A DNA stretch of 64,000 bases from a virus (Duplodnaviria; Caudoviricetes). The stretch is taken from the IMG/VR virus record IMGVR_UViG_3300021288_000002, positions 1,934-65,933 of that record; one strand, written 5' to 3'. Position numbers and translations under genes: made by a program. Below are positions 19,026-28,398 of this stretch, one piece after another (the first letter of the stretch is position 1; every line of letters begins with the position of its first letter). The notes beneath the pieces were generated by a model. It saw only the letters and a list, made by a program, of their open reading frames with translations. It ran no database searches and was not told the DNA's origin.

Positions 19026-20063
19026 ATGTATAATAGCAGACTATTCCAAAAATTCTGTAAAGACAGAAATGTCAAAAAAAGTACAAAGAAAGGTTATGAA
19101 TCCGCATTAAAAAATTATACAAAGTTTCATAACTTAACGATTGAAGAACTAATAAAAGAAGCCCAAAAAGAAGAACAAGAAAAAATAATATTAAAAGACA
19201 GACAAATCAAAACGAGATTATTGAAATACAGAACATACTTATTCAACAGCAACAAATCCCCAAACACCATCAAAACATATTTCACCAAAATCAAAACATT
19301 CTACCAACACCACGAAATCGAAATACCAAAAATACCAGACGCCAAATATGATAAATTATATGAAACTAACTATATGGACTTACCTACCAAAGACCATATC
19401 AGAAAAGTATTGGAAATTGTAACCGTAGACCTACGCAGCATAATTCTTTTCATGAGCTCAAGTGGAACAGCCAAAGCCGAAACTTTAAGCCTTACCATAG
19501 AATCATTCATCCTTGCTACTCAAGAATACCACAATGGAGGAAGCATTAAAGAAATACTAGACACATTAAGCAAAAAAGACAATATAATACCAACATTTTA
19601 TTTGAAACGGATAAAAACAGACAAATATTATTACACTTTCTGTTCACCTGAAGCAGCATCTGAAATAGTGAAATATTTACAAGTGAGAGATGATCTAAAA
19701 TTATCTGATAAATTATTTGACTTCACACCATCAACATTATTGACCAGGTTCCAGGAAATTAATGACCAGATGAACTGGGGATTCAAAGGTAACTACAGAT
19801 TCTTCAGAAGTCATACACTACGGAAATTTCATGCAAGTAATATAGGATTACCTGCTGAATACATTGACAGTCTGCAAGGCCGTAGTAAAAATGAAATACA
19901 CGAAACATATATTAAAACCAATCCTGAAAAGTTAAAGGAAATCTATAGAACAGCAATGCATAATGTAATGATATACAATAATGAAAAGAATGAAATTATT
20001 AATCAAGAATTTACAATAGTAATCAATGTATTTTTGAGCGGTAAGGAGTATAATATTTTTTAA
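19026..20063 (+). CDS. tyrosine recombinase, atypical active site; candidate invertase of the fibre shufflon
   Basis: SAM-like N-terminus; SGTAKAE (Arg-I position is Ala), RIKT, HTLR, LQGR, TY. Confidence 0.85.
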   Translation: MYNSRLFQKFCKDRNVKKSTKKGYESALKNYTKFHNLTIEELIKEAQKEEQEKIILKDRQIKTRLLKYRTYLFNSNKSPNTIKTYFTKIKTFYQHHEIEIPKIPDAKYDKLYETNYMDLPTKDHIRKVLEIVTVDLRSIILFMSSSGTAKAETLSLTIESFILATQEYHNGGSIKEILDTLSKKDNIIPTFYLKRIKTDKYYYTFCSPEAASEIVKYLQVRDDLKLSDKLFDFTPSTLLTRFQEINDQMNWGFKGNYRFFRSHTLRKFHASNIGLPAEYIDSLQGRSKNEIHETYIKTNPEKLKEIYRTAMHNVMIYNNEKNEIINQEFTIVINVFLSGKEYNIF

Positions 20064-20072
20064 AAAAAAATA

Positions 20073-20107
20073 TGGCCAACCCATGACAAAATGTCACAAG
20101 TTGGCCA
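20073..20107 (+). terminator. hairpin downstream of recombinase
   Basis: TGGCCAAC...GTTGGCCA enclosing TGAC/GTCA. Confidence 0.4.
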
Positions 20108-20323
20108 GGGCCTTATTAAAATACTCTTTTATTTTTTTACTCAAACTATGAAGATAAAAAAATACATGGATAACAAATATTTAAATTAACGTAGGAAAAT
20201 TGATTTATTCTAATTTTTTTAGTTTTACATCCAATATTTTCACATTCTCTGCTACTTCAACTAGATGTTCTTTAACTTCAAAAGTAAATCATTGTAAAAA
20301 ACAAAAGAGTTATTTTATAAGAA

Positions 20324-20515
20324 TTATTGTACGTATTCTTCATAAACAAAATTGTTACTGTCAGGAATATCATGTTCATGTCTTAAAGCATTAACTTCAA
20401 TTTGTGCTTCAAGAACTTCATCAGATAATCCTTCTTTTTCATATTTTTTATCAACAATTCTTTGCTTATTTTTTATTTGAATAATTTTAAGAAATCTTTT
20501 TGCTTTATCCATCAT
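20324..20515 (-). CDS. hypothetical protein downstream of endolysin
   Basis: ORF coupled to the endolysin. Confidence 0.55.
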   Translation of the reverse strand: MMDKAKRFLKIIQIKNKQRIVDKKYEKEGLSDEVLEAQIEVNALRHEHDIPDSNNFVYEEYVQ

Positions 20516-20517
20516 AA

Positions 20518-21519
20518 TTACCCTCTTTTAACAACTAAAACAGATTTTTGACTAATTCCATTAATGTAACTTCTAAACTCTGAAGTTGATCTATCTTCAA
20601 CATATCCACAGTAACAAGAACCACATCCACTAGACCCTAAACTGTTTTGTACTTTCACATTACTACCAGAGACACTATTAACTACTTCATAATGTCCCCA
20701 TTTATTCCTGTAAAGATTATGAATGATACAATCTTTATCAGATGATTTAAGTATTTTATTTAGTTTAGTCCATCCAATGTCTGAGAAGTTATACCATTTG
20801 CAAGTTAATTTTACTCCAGTTTTTTTTGATGCTTTGGCAATTGCAGTTTCTAAACCTTGATGGTCAGTACCACTACTGGTGGTTCCTGCCCAGGAAGCTA
20901 ATGTTGATTGTTTAATAACTTTACCCGTAAGATTCCTGATAACCTCTTGCATACTGTGAGGACCACAATCTACTGAGTTATTTTGTCCTCTGTTGTCACA
21001 TCCACTTTTAGTTGCATGACCATATTTCTTATTAGTTGCCTTTTTTGTACTATTTGATGTAGATGTACTTGTTACTTTTTTAGTAACTTCACTGGTTTTA
21101 AATCCACATGTGTTAGGTAATCTTCCTTCTTCATCATAAAATACAATGATTTTACTGAATGAATAAATGAATACTCTTTGTTTGATTTTTTTACCGAAAC
21201 CTGAAAGATAATTAGGTAATCTTCTGTTCTCTTTTTTTGACATGAAATTACTTAATTTTTTAGCTAATGATTGATATGATGTTTTGGTTAATTTCAAATC
21301 AACGTTTTCACCTGTTGGGTTAGGTGCAAGATTACATTTGAGGGAGGTTACACTTTTACCTGGATTTTGAACTGCTTTACTGATTAAATATGCTGCATCT
21401 TGAATAGTGTATGTTTCATTATCAACAGTTACTTTTCCAGGAAGTTTAGTTTCTTTTTCAACATATGTTTTAATTTTCTTTGATATTTTTACAATAGTTT
21501 TAAATTTTATTTCTGTCAT
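20518..21519 (-). CDS. endolysin: pseudomurein-binding repeats + C39-like cysteine peptidase (PeiR-like)
   Basis: PMBR-like ...RRLPNY / GRLPN repeats; QNNSVDCGPHS...GHYEVV catalytic motifs. Confidence 0.8.
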   Translation of the reverse strand: MTEIKFKTIVKISKKIKTYVEKETKLPGKVTVDNETYTIQDAAYLISKAVQNPGKSVTSLKCNLAPNPTGENVDLKLTKTSYQSLAKKLSNFMSKKENRRLPNYLSGFGKKIKQRVFIYSFSKIIVFYDEEGRLPNTCGFKTSEVTKKVTSTSTSNSTKKATNKKYGHATKSGCDNRGQNNSVDCGPHSMQEVIRNLTGKVIKQSTLASWAGTTSSGTDHQGLETAIAKASKKTGVKLTCKWYNFSDIGWTKLNKILKSSDKDCIIHNLYRNKWGHYEVVNSVSGSNVKVQNSLGSSGCGSCYCGYVEDRSTSEFRSYINGISQKSVLVVKRG

Positions 21520-21563
21520 GATCTTTTACCTCAAAAAGATATTTTATTAAAAAAATGATTGTA

Positions 21564-21887
21564 TATTCAACAAATAGTAATAGTATTCATATTAGAGGAA
21601 CTGGATTCAAAGAAGTGATAAATTCCAATCAATCTTACAAATATGATGATAAACTGGTGGATTTTTATATCCATTTTGGAAACAACGTAACAGCAACTAC
21701 TTCTTGGAAAGATTTTGGGAAAGTGATACCTCAACATATATTCCCAAAAAATACTATTCAATTTATGGAGCAATTTGGAGCAATAATTCTAAGAATTAAA
21801 TCTGATGGTATTCTACAATATAGAAGCATAACTGGAGGTAATGTTGATGCTTCAAGTCTTGTTGCCCATACCACTTGGATCATTTAA
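21564..21887 (+). other. silent tail-fibre tip cassette C1
   Basis: Begins at TATTCAACAAATA (YSTNSNSIHIRGTGFK); 324 nt in frame to stop; in-frame ATG at 21555. Confidence 0.85.
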
Positions 21888-21889
21888 TG

Positions 21890-22240
21890 TATTCAACAAA
21901 TACTTCCAGTATACAGATTAATGGGAAAGGGTGGAAAACCTATTATCATAAGTCTGCAAGTAATGGTTGGTATGTAACTGTCTTATATAATGAAACAACT
22001 GCCAAATGTATCGTTAATGACCCTGCAAATGTTTCATTCACTACAAGCGAAACAAATTATCTTACTGATTGTTTAACTGACTCTTGGATTACACCACAAG
22101 AACCAGTTGCAAATAATTTTACTTTTACAAGGAGATTGATAATTAGACCGAGTTCTGCAACAATTTACAAACAAGGAACTGCGAGTGGGACTGGAACTAT
22201 TTATACTCAATTCAGTTGGGAACACAGAGGCCTCCCTTAA
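21890..22240 (+). other. silent tail-fibre tip cassette C2
   Basis: TATTCAACAAATA (YSTNTSSIQINGKGWK); 351 nt; 2 nt after the C1 stop. Confidence 0.85.
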
Positions 22241-22242
22241 AT

Positions 22243-22596
22243 TATTCAACAAATAATACCAATATTCAAATTAAAGTAAGTGGGTTGAAATTAATTAAAG
22301 ATACTTCCCAATGGAGCGATGTAACTTATGAACTCTATGTGGATGAATCCACTCATAGTGCAACACTCAAAATGGGTATAGCAAATAAAAACATTGCTCC
22401 TGGAATGAGCAATTACGAAATGACTGGTTGGATACCATCAGATTACCGACCAAAATCAAACAAGTACAGTCAAGGTTATCGTGGAAACAATAACCTATTC
22501 TATGTTTGGGGTAATGGAAATATCGGTGTATCCAATCTTACATCATCAACACAGACTGGGGCGTATCTTTCTTGTCAGATTGACTGGAATTATTAA
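22243..22596 (+). other. silent tail-fibre tip cassette C3
   Basis: TATTCAACAAATA (YSTNNTNIQIKVSGLK); 354 nt; closest to the expressed tip (VTYxLYVDESTH, IPxxYRPK). Confidence 0.9.
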
Positions 22597-22601
22597 ATAC
22601 G

Positions 22602-22943
22602 TATTCAACAAAGACCCACAACACATCTATAAACGTTACTGGTTGGAAAAGAGTAGTGAATCAAGCTGATGGGAAAATACAAGTATACTGTGATGGTGAA
22701 ACTTGTCAATTTAGCTGCCAAGGAACCCAAACCATCCGTGCAAATGGAACAACTACTTTAGGCACAATTCCCTCACAGTACAGTCCTCAATATATTATAA
22801 CTATCCCAGTTCATTTTCAAGCAAATAATATATTATGCAGGATTACAGAAACTGGAGTGGTGGAAGTTCATAATAATTCCAGTGCCACAAACGTCCTGAT
22901 GAGAGTACTAGTAACTTATTCCTTGAAAAGTAAAATAATCTAA
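22602..22943 (+). other. silent tail-fibre tip cassette C4
   Basis: TATTCAACAAAGA (YSTKTHNTSINVTGWK), in frame with ORF 22656-22943; 342 nt. Confidence 0.85.
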
Positions 22944-22962
22944 TTAAGAGAGGAGTAAATTA

Positions 22963-23310
22963 TTAAATCGCAAATTCCACTGTTCCATATAATGTTATGC
23001 CCCCACTACTTGAATAGGTAGTACGAGATATGATGAGTTTAATTGAACCATCAGTACTAATCCGTATAAACCCATAATGCCCTCCATTATCTCCTATACT
23101 GGAAGTGGGGACCGCCACTATATTTTGTGGCCTATAATTACTATTAAGTGTACCTAATTCATATTCTGTCCCCACGTTTCCACTATTACTTTGTTGATTG
23201 CAACGAACAGAAACCATTCGTCCATTTGATTTTGCAGTAAATCTAGCAGTGGTTTGAACTGTTTTCCATCCTCCCACCTTAATTTGCATATTGGTACTAT
23301 TTGTTGAATA
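22963..23310 (-). other. silent tail-fibre tip cassette C5
   Basis: TATTCAACAAATA on the minus strand at 23310-23298 (YSTNSTNMQIKVGGWK); 348 nt; 6 nt after the fibre stop. Confidence 0.85.
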
Positions 23311-23316
23311 TATGAG

Positions 23317-24198
23317 TTAATAATGCCATTCGTGAATGAAATTGAATGAGTAATTTGTTACTGTGTTCCCTAAATTTGTTATTCCAATCTTCCCATCATT
23401 ATTCACATAATTTAAGAACTGGTTATTTCTCATAATCTCAGCAATAGAAGTATTCTTTGGTCGGTACTTTGTAGGTATGACAAAATCAGAATAAATAAAA
23501 CTATGTCCGGATACGATAGTTACACCAGTTCTAACTGCTCTTATTTGTGCAGTATGGGTGGATTCATCAACATACAAAGCATATGTAACATTTGATTGGA
23601 TTAATTTAAATCCATCTACTTTGATTTGGAGATTATTGTTATTTGTTGAAAACATGACTAAACCCCATGTGTCTGCGGTATAAGTCAATGAAAAAGTACC
23701 ATTAACACCAGTTGTTCCAGACCGCCAGACTTCATTATCTTTCAGGACAGGAACATTAACCCCCACTACAGGGTTACCCTGTTGGTTAGTAACTTTAACA
23801 GTAATGGTAACATCTGTATCTATATCCACATTATATTTACTTGCAGTAATTTGGTAATTGTATAAATCAGTAATCTGATTTTTCGTATGATTATGGCTCA
23901 ATGGTGCATAATTAGATAATTGACTAACCTTTGCAAAATCAGATGATAAGAATCCTGATAAAGTTGTTGCATTAATTGGAGTGTTTTCATTAGTATTTGC
24001 CAGTATTGCTTGTAATCTTGCTTCTGTGAAGTATGTTTCATCAATTACTGCTAATTGTGCTTGCATTTCCTCTAATGTTTCCGCATCTGCTACACTAATG
24101 TTTCCTATTTTATTTCCACTGTCACTGTATACGGTTATTTCTGCTCCGATGATTTTACCGTCATCTTCACTGAATATTCTTGTATTAAAATCAACCAT
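23317..24198 (-). CDS. tail fibre / receptor-binding protein with exchangeable C-terminal tip (expressed cassette C0 = 23317-23652)
   Basis: Fibre-like SHNH motif, Ig-like segment, then FSTNNNNLQIKVDGFK encoded over TTTTCAACAAATA (23652-23640). Confidence 0.85.
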   Translation of the reverse strand: MVDFNTRIFSEDDGKIIGAEITVYSDSGNKIGNISVADAETLEEMQAQLAVIDETYFTEARLQAILANTNENTPINATTLSGFLSSDFAKVSQLSNYAPLSHNHTKNQITDLYNYQITASKYNVDIDTDVTITVKVTNQQGNPVVGVNVPVLKDNEVWRSGTTGVNGTFSLTYTADTWGLVMFSTNNNNLQIKVDGFKLIQSNVTYALYVDESTHTAQIRAVRTGVTIVSGHSFIYSDFVIPTKYRPKNTSIAEIMRNNQFLNYVNNDGKIGITNLGNTVTNYSFNFIHEWHY

Positions 24199-24204
24199 AA
24201 AATA

Positions 24205-26631
24205 TCACACCTTGTATTCTATCCAGTTTTGTTTAATAGTTACTTGTTTATCCGTATTTTCTCCACGTGTGCAAGTGTAACCCAAAGCAATTCCAACGTC
24301 CTCAAGGTTTGGAGTGTATACCACTTCAAGTGTATCGTTTGCATTTAATATAGTGGAGTAATCATCATCACTAACAATATCAAATATTAATAATCCCTTA
24401 GTATAATCTACTGTGAAATCAGTATCCTCAATTAATTCCCTTTCAAGGTCAGTATCCTTATTCAATATTACACTACGTAATGGATCTACTGGTGACACAC
24501 GTAAAGGTACTTGTCTTGTCTCCAGGATTTTATCTTCCACTATGAAATCCTGTTTAAAATAATCAATAACTAGTGGATTATTAACATATTTACCTGTAGT
24601 GTTATTGTATACTCTGCCTACCTCTGATTGTACTAGGTCTTGTACGAATACTGGATTATATGTGAATGTAATGCTTCCTGCAGGTAATTCTAGTATAAGG
24701 TCTTCAGCTAAAACAATAGTGTCATCAGTATAATCTACAATGTAATCATACCATTCACCAGGGTTGAATACTCCTTCATCTCCTCTAGGTTGAATTTGAC
24801 ATTCAAGTATTGGATAAGCAGGACTATTCTTTAAAGTGAATGGAGTGTAAACTTTATTTTCTTCTTCATCTAATGTCCAGAAACTTAAACCATGAACAGT
24901 TTCCTCTTCATCCTCCCATGGCAAGACATATACTCTTTGTTCACGGAGTAATTCTAAAGCTGTTGGATTATCAATAAGATACTGGTATCTTACAGTCAAA
25001 TCATCATCTGTGATTTTATCCAAATCAAGGCCATCAATCCAGGTGAATTCATCTAATTCTTCAGCGGTGATTATTTGGAAATGGTCCACTACTTGTTTTT
25101 CCTGGATGATTTCAATCTTACAATCAGTAGATGGATCAATATTCACTGGTGCAAAAATACGGCCCCAATGACTTGCTCCAAGCATAGGTGAAACTTTCGG
25201 ATAATAGAAATGAGTACGAACATACATTTGTTTAGGTAACACATTAGTGAAGTTGACTGTAATGGATTGTATTGCTGGACTTTTAGTTTCATCAGTTGTC
25301 CACATTTTCACACGTATGAATAATGTTCTTGGATAATTACCTTCACTATCCTGACTGAATGCTCTTTCATGATTAACCAGGTCATACCATGTTCGACCAT
25401 CACTTGACACTTGATATTGTAATTTACCTGGATAACTTGCAGCGTCTCCACTATCAGTACATGATAATATTACTTTACTGAATGGATTGGTATGTATTGG
25501 TTTTAAGTAAAGATAATGGTCTCCAGTTACGTAAGTGGTTGAGTCTTGGCGTATGTTTAATTGGAATGCGAAATCGGATGGTGTTAAACGGCCGAGATAG
25601 TATTCTACTTTTAAATCGTTACGTCCGTATCTTTCCCATGTACGGCCATTATTGTTACTGAAGAATGCATCTCCTTGCATGTATTTGCTGTTGGCACAGT
25701 TTCGGCCCCATCCTCCAATTCTTGGACAATGACTCCAATTTGAGAGAGGGGACATGAATATTAATGCATATGATTCTCCTTCTTCTAATCTTGGAGGTTG
25801 TGGGAATGCAATGGATACGAATCCTGGTTCAATTTTTGATGGGTCAAAAGTAGTTTCCGCTATAGGAGTATAAGGGTTACCATCAGGCCATGATATGTTT
25901 TCATTACCTCCAGCTGGAGTGTTCTTTTTAGTACGGTTATTCCAGTTCATTTTTGGTACGGTAACTGTTTTGGTTTTCCATAATTGGACTGTTAAAGCAC
26001 TCCCCCAACTTCCCCAAACAGTACCATTATTTGCTAAGTGAATGCTAACTGCTTCTAGTGTTCCACCTTTCCCCTCTGGTACGGTGAATGTTTGTGCTCT
26101 GCAGACTGAAGGAATCTCTGATAATTTAGGGTCTTTAATCCAATTAGGCCTAACCTGGTAAGTTTCATTTTTATCATAACCAACATACCAATGAGTGTTA
26201 ATCTGATTGTTTACTGTCCAATTCTTAACTGTCTGGTCCAATTCTCCAGGAGTATTAGGTAGGACTGCCTGGTCAACAATAGTTCCAGTATCTGTATCAA
26301 CATAATGTGCAATAACTGCACTTGATTTATCCCTGTCAATTAAACTATCATCATTAAAGTCAATGGTAACTGATTTATTAGTATCAGTATCAAAGATTAT
26401 TTCATTATTAGTAGTTTCCATAAAACCATAACTGACTTTAGGGTCAATTGGTATTGGGTTGAATCTTTTACGTACTGCTGGAGGACTTAAATATCCTAAT
26501 TCTTCTAATTGTTGTTTCAGGTATTCATCGTTTTGGCAGATTTGCCTGAATAATTCCACAGTAGGATACATTTGTTCACTGAAACTTTGTATCCTGTTTA
26601 AATTCCTATATTTAGGTTCACAATTAACCAT
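24205..26631 (-). CDS. large tail/baseplate-associated structural protein
   Basis: 808 aa, beta-rich, lies in the fibre cluster. Confidence 0.6.
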   Translation of the reverse strand: MVNCEPKYRNLNRIQSFSEQMYPTVELFRQICQNDEYLKQQLEELGYLSPPAVRKRFNPIPIDPKVSYGFMETTNNEIIFDTDTNKSVTIDFNDDSLIDRDKSSAVIAHYVDTDTGTIVDQAVLPNTPGELDQTVKNWTVNNQINTHWYVGYDKNETYQVRPNWIKDPKLSEIPSVCRAQTFTVPEGKGGTLEAVSIHLANNGTVWGSWGSALTVQLWKTKTVTVPKMNWNNRTKKNTPAGGNENISWPDGNPYTPIAETTFDPSKIEPGFVSIAFPQPPRLEEGESYALIFMSPLSNWSHCPRIGGWGRNCANSKYMQGDAFFSNNNGRTWERYGRNDLKVEYYLGRLTPSDFAFQLNIRQDSTTYVTGDHYLYLKPIHTNPFSKVILSCTDSGDAASYPGKLQYQVSSDGRTWYDLVNHERAFSQDSEGNYPRTLFIRVKMWTTDETKSPAIQSITVNFTNVLPKQMYVRTHFYYPKVSPMLGASHWGRIFAPVNIDPSTDCKIEIIQEKQVVDHFQIITAEELDEFTWIDGLDLDKITDDDLTVRYQYLIDNPTALELLREQRVYVLPWEDEEETVHGLSFWTLDEEENKVYTPFTLKNSPAYPILECQIQPRGDEGVFNPGEWYDYIVDYTDDTIVLAEDLILELPAGSITFTYNPVFVQDLVQSEVGRVYNNTTGKYVNNPLVIDYFKQDFIVEDKILETRQVPLRVSPVDPLRSVILNKDTDLERELIEDTDFTVDYTKGLLIFDIVSDDDYSTILNANDTLEVVYTPNLEDVGIALGYTCTRGENTDKQVTIKQNWIEYKV

Positions 26632-26650
26632 CTATATACACCTTACCATT

Positions 26651-27313
26651 TTATTTTGTTTCTATGATAATATTCTCAAGATTAGGGTTACTATTACGTG
26701 TAGTATGAATATACAAGTTTTTAGTACTGAGACTATAATAATAAGAACCGATAACAGATTCTACTTCATCAATACTACTTACACTTCTAAGACCACAATT
26801 AGTATCTTTCTCAGTTACACCAACAACAAGACTTGGCTCTGCAATCCAATAAGTGTAATCCTTATCAGCGACTTTATTGAAGTCTTTACGGATACTTCCT
26901 GTTGTTAATTCAAAAGTATACTCTACATCAACAGTACCAATACTATCCTCCAGGAATGTACTGGTCATTTTCTCATAGATATCATGACTAATTAATATAT
27001 CATCATTCGCTACACCTATTTCACATGTGCCTAATACTTCACCTGCTTCAAAGGTAGCTTTTAGAATGATTTTCTTATTTGTTAGATCAACACTTGATTC
27101 AACTTGTTTTTTCACAGTTAAATTTCCAAGGTTTACATCAGATTTTTTAGGCCTGCTATTACTGGAACCTAACACAATATATTGTATTGGGTCAAAATGT
27201 TGATTAACAGCACGATTCATAAAAAAAGATTCGCCTAATAGGGTTATAATATTATTCCCAGTTAGGAGTATCTTATCTTTCTGTTTAAACACATAACTTC
27301 CATGTATTTTCAT
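26651..27313 (-). CDS. baseplate/tail-fibre attachment protein
   Basis: NIITLLG...IVLGSS...CEIGV pattern of fibre N-terminal (gpH-like) domains. Confidence 0.55.
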   Translation of the reverse strand: MKIHGSYVFKQKDKILLTGNNIITLLGESFFMNRAVNQHFDPIQYIVLGSSNSRPKKSDVNLGNLTVKKQVESSVDLTNKKIILKATFEAGEVLGTCEIGVANDDILISHDIYEKMTSTFLEDSIGTVDVEYTFELTTGSIRKDFNKVADKDYTYWIAEPSLVVGVTEKDTNCGLRSVSSIDEVESVIGSYYYSLSTKNLYIHTTRNSNPNLENIIIETK

Positions 27314-27573
27314 AATAAATTCACATCCTTACCATCCACTTTTAAACAAGTATGGATTTCCAGGTCATTTTTTTCACTAAATTCAGTAGTTGATAAATTA
27401 ACATGAATCCTTGAGGATAAAGGCATTAATTTTTGTAATCTTTTCTGCAAACTATCACTGGATTCCGTTTGAATATTACTGGGAATCTGTGAGGGGTTGA
27501 AACTGATTTCATAATTATTAGGTGTCCAATCAGGTTCATGATGGATTATTTTACAATTCGTATTCCTTGGCAT
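27310..27573 (-). CDS. hypothetical protein (baseplate region)
   Basis: Coupled ORF. Confidence 0.45.
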   Translation of the reverse strand: MPRNTNCKIIHHEPDWTPNNYEISFNPSQIPSNIQTESSDSLQKRLQKLMPLSSRIHVNLSTTEFSEKNDLEIHTCLKVDGKDVNLL

Positions 27574-27587
27574 AATATATTACATCC

Positions 27588-27707
27588 TTATTCTATTTTT
27601 TTCTGTTTGAGTAAGCATTCTCTTTGTACAAGGTAGCAGCATTTTTCAAGGTCATGATTACATGTTCTGCGGTAGCAGCAGCCATCACAGAATTCTTCTT
27701 TTTTCAT
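27588..27707 (-). CDS. 39-aa Cys-rich microprotein (not in ORF track)
   Basis: GGAG RBS; MKKEEFCDGCCYRRTCNHDLEKCCYLVQRECLLKQKKIE (7 Cys). Confidence 0.55.
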   Translation of the reverse strand: MKKEEFCDGCCYRRTCNHDLEKCCYLVQRECLLKQKKIE

Positions 27708-27741
27708 TGGGAACAACTCCTAAAAAAATTTTGTAGATTAA

Positions 27742-28398
27742 ATTTATAAGTATGAATATTTCTTTGGAGAGGGTGTTGGTGACTTATATATAAAAGCTAT
27801 ATGTGGGTTATCAGCAGTAACATACAGTATTGAAGACTGTTTAAGATATGATAATGCTTCATCAGACAATACTTCTAAATACAGTAGTGTGAATTTGAAC
27901 AGTTTAAGTTGGGATACAGACCATTATGTCGCTACTCGTAGTTTAACTGGTAGTTCTGCAAGTACATATTACAGTCAAATCTATATTGAAGAAGATTTAC
28001 CCTCTGATTATGAAATTAGCATGGATATATGGGCAAGTAATGTAGCAGATATTCAAAGTGGTATCTGTATCAGTAATGCTCACCCACAGACTTATTCAGG
28101 CACTAATCAAGCGATGTTAGTGTATCAAGGGCAACAGAAAGGTTTATTGTATCGTGTGAATGGTAGTTTGTCAAGATGGGATAATACCCCAGCGATTGCA
28201 AGAGAAACTTGGTTCACATTTACTTTAAGAGTTCAAGGAACAAGTGTAATTGCCATAATCACCGACACCAATAACGATGAAGTGTATTCCACCACACAAA
28301 CACTTTCAAGTATTAGTTCTTGGCATAAGTGGAATATCCAGTTAGGGAACAAAGCACACTACTTACATTGGAAAAACTTCAAAATCAAAGCATTATAA
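27742..28398 (+). other. start-less alternative C-terminal (lectin-like) cassette for the large fibre/adhesin
   Basis: Open frame extends upstream of 27889 without ATG: GEGVGDLYI...SIEDCLRYDNASS...LSWDTDHY aligns to GKGTGNLYI...SVADCVRYDSASS...MSWSTDHY of 28393-31620; stop codons overlap. Confidence 0.75.

Noticed and set aside
22944-22962. AGGAG RBS-like sequence between converging cassettes C4 and C5
   Set aside because: No start codon follows; possibly vestigial, and not supportable as a feature.
21555-24198. Diversity-generating retroelement as the source of fibre variants
   Set aside because: No reverse transcriptase or Avd gene in the window, and the cassettes differ at all bases rather than as an adenine-specific TR/VR pair.
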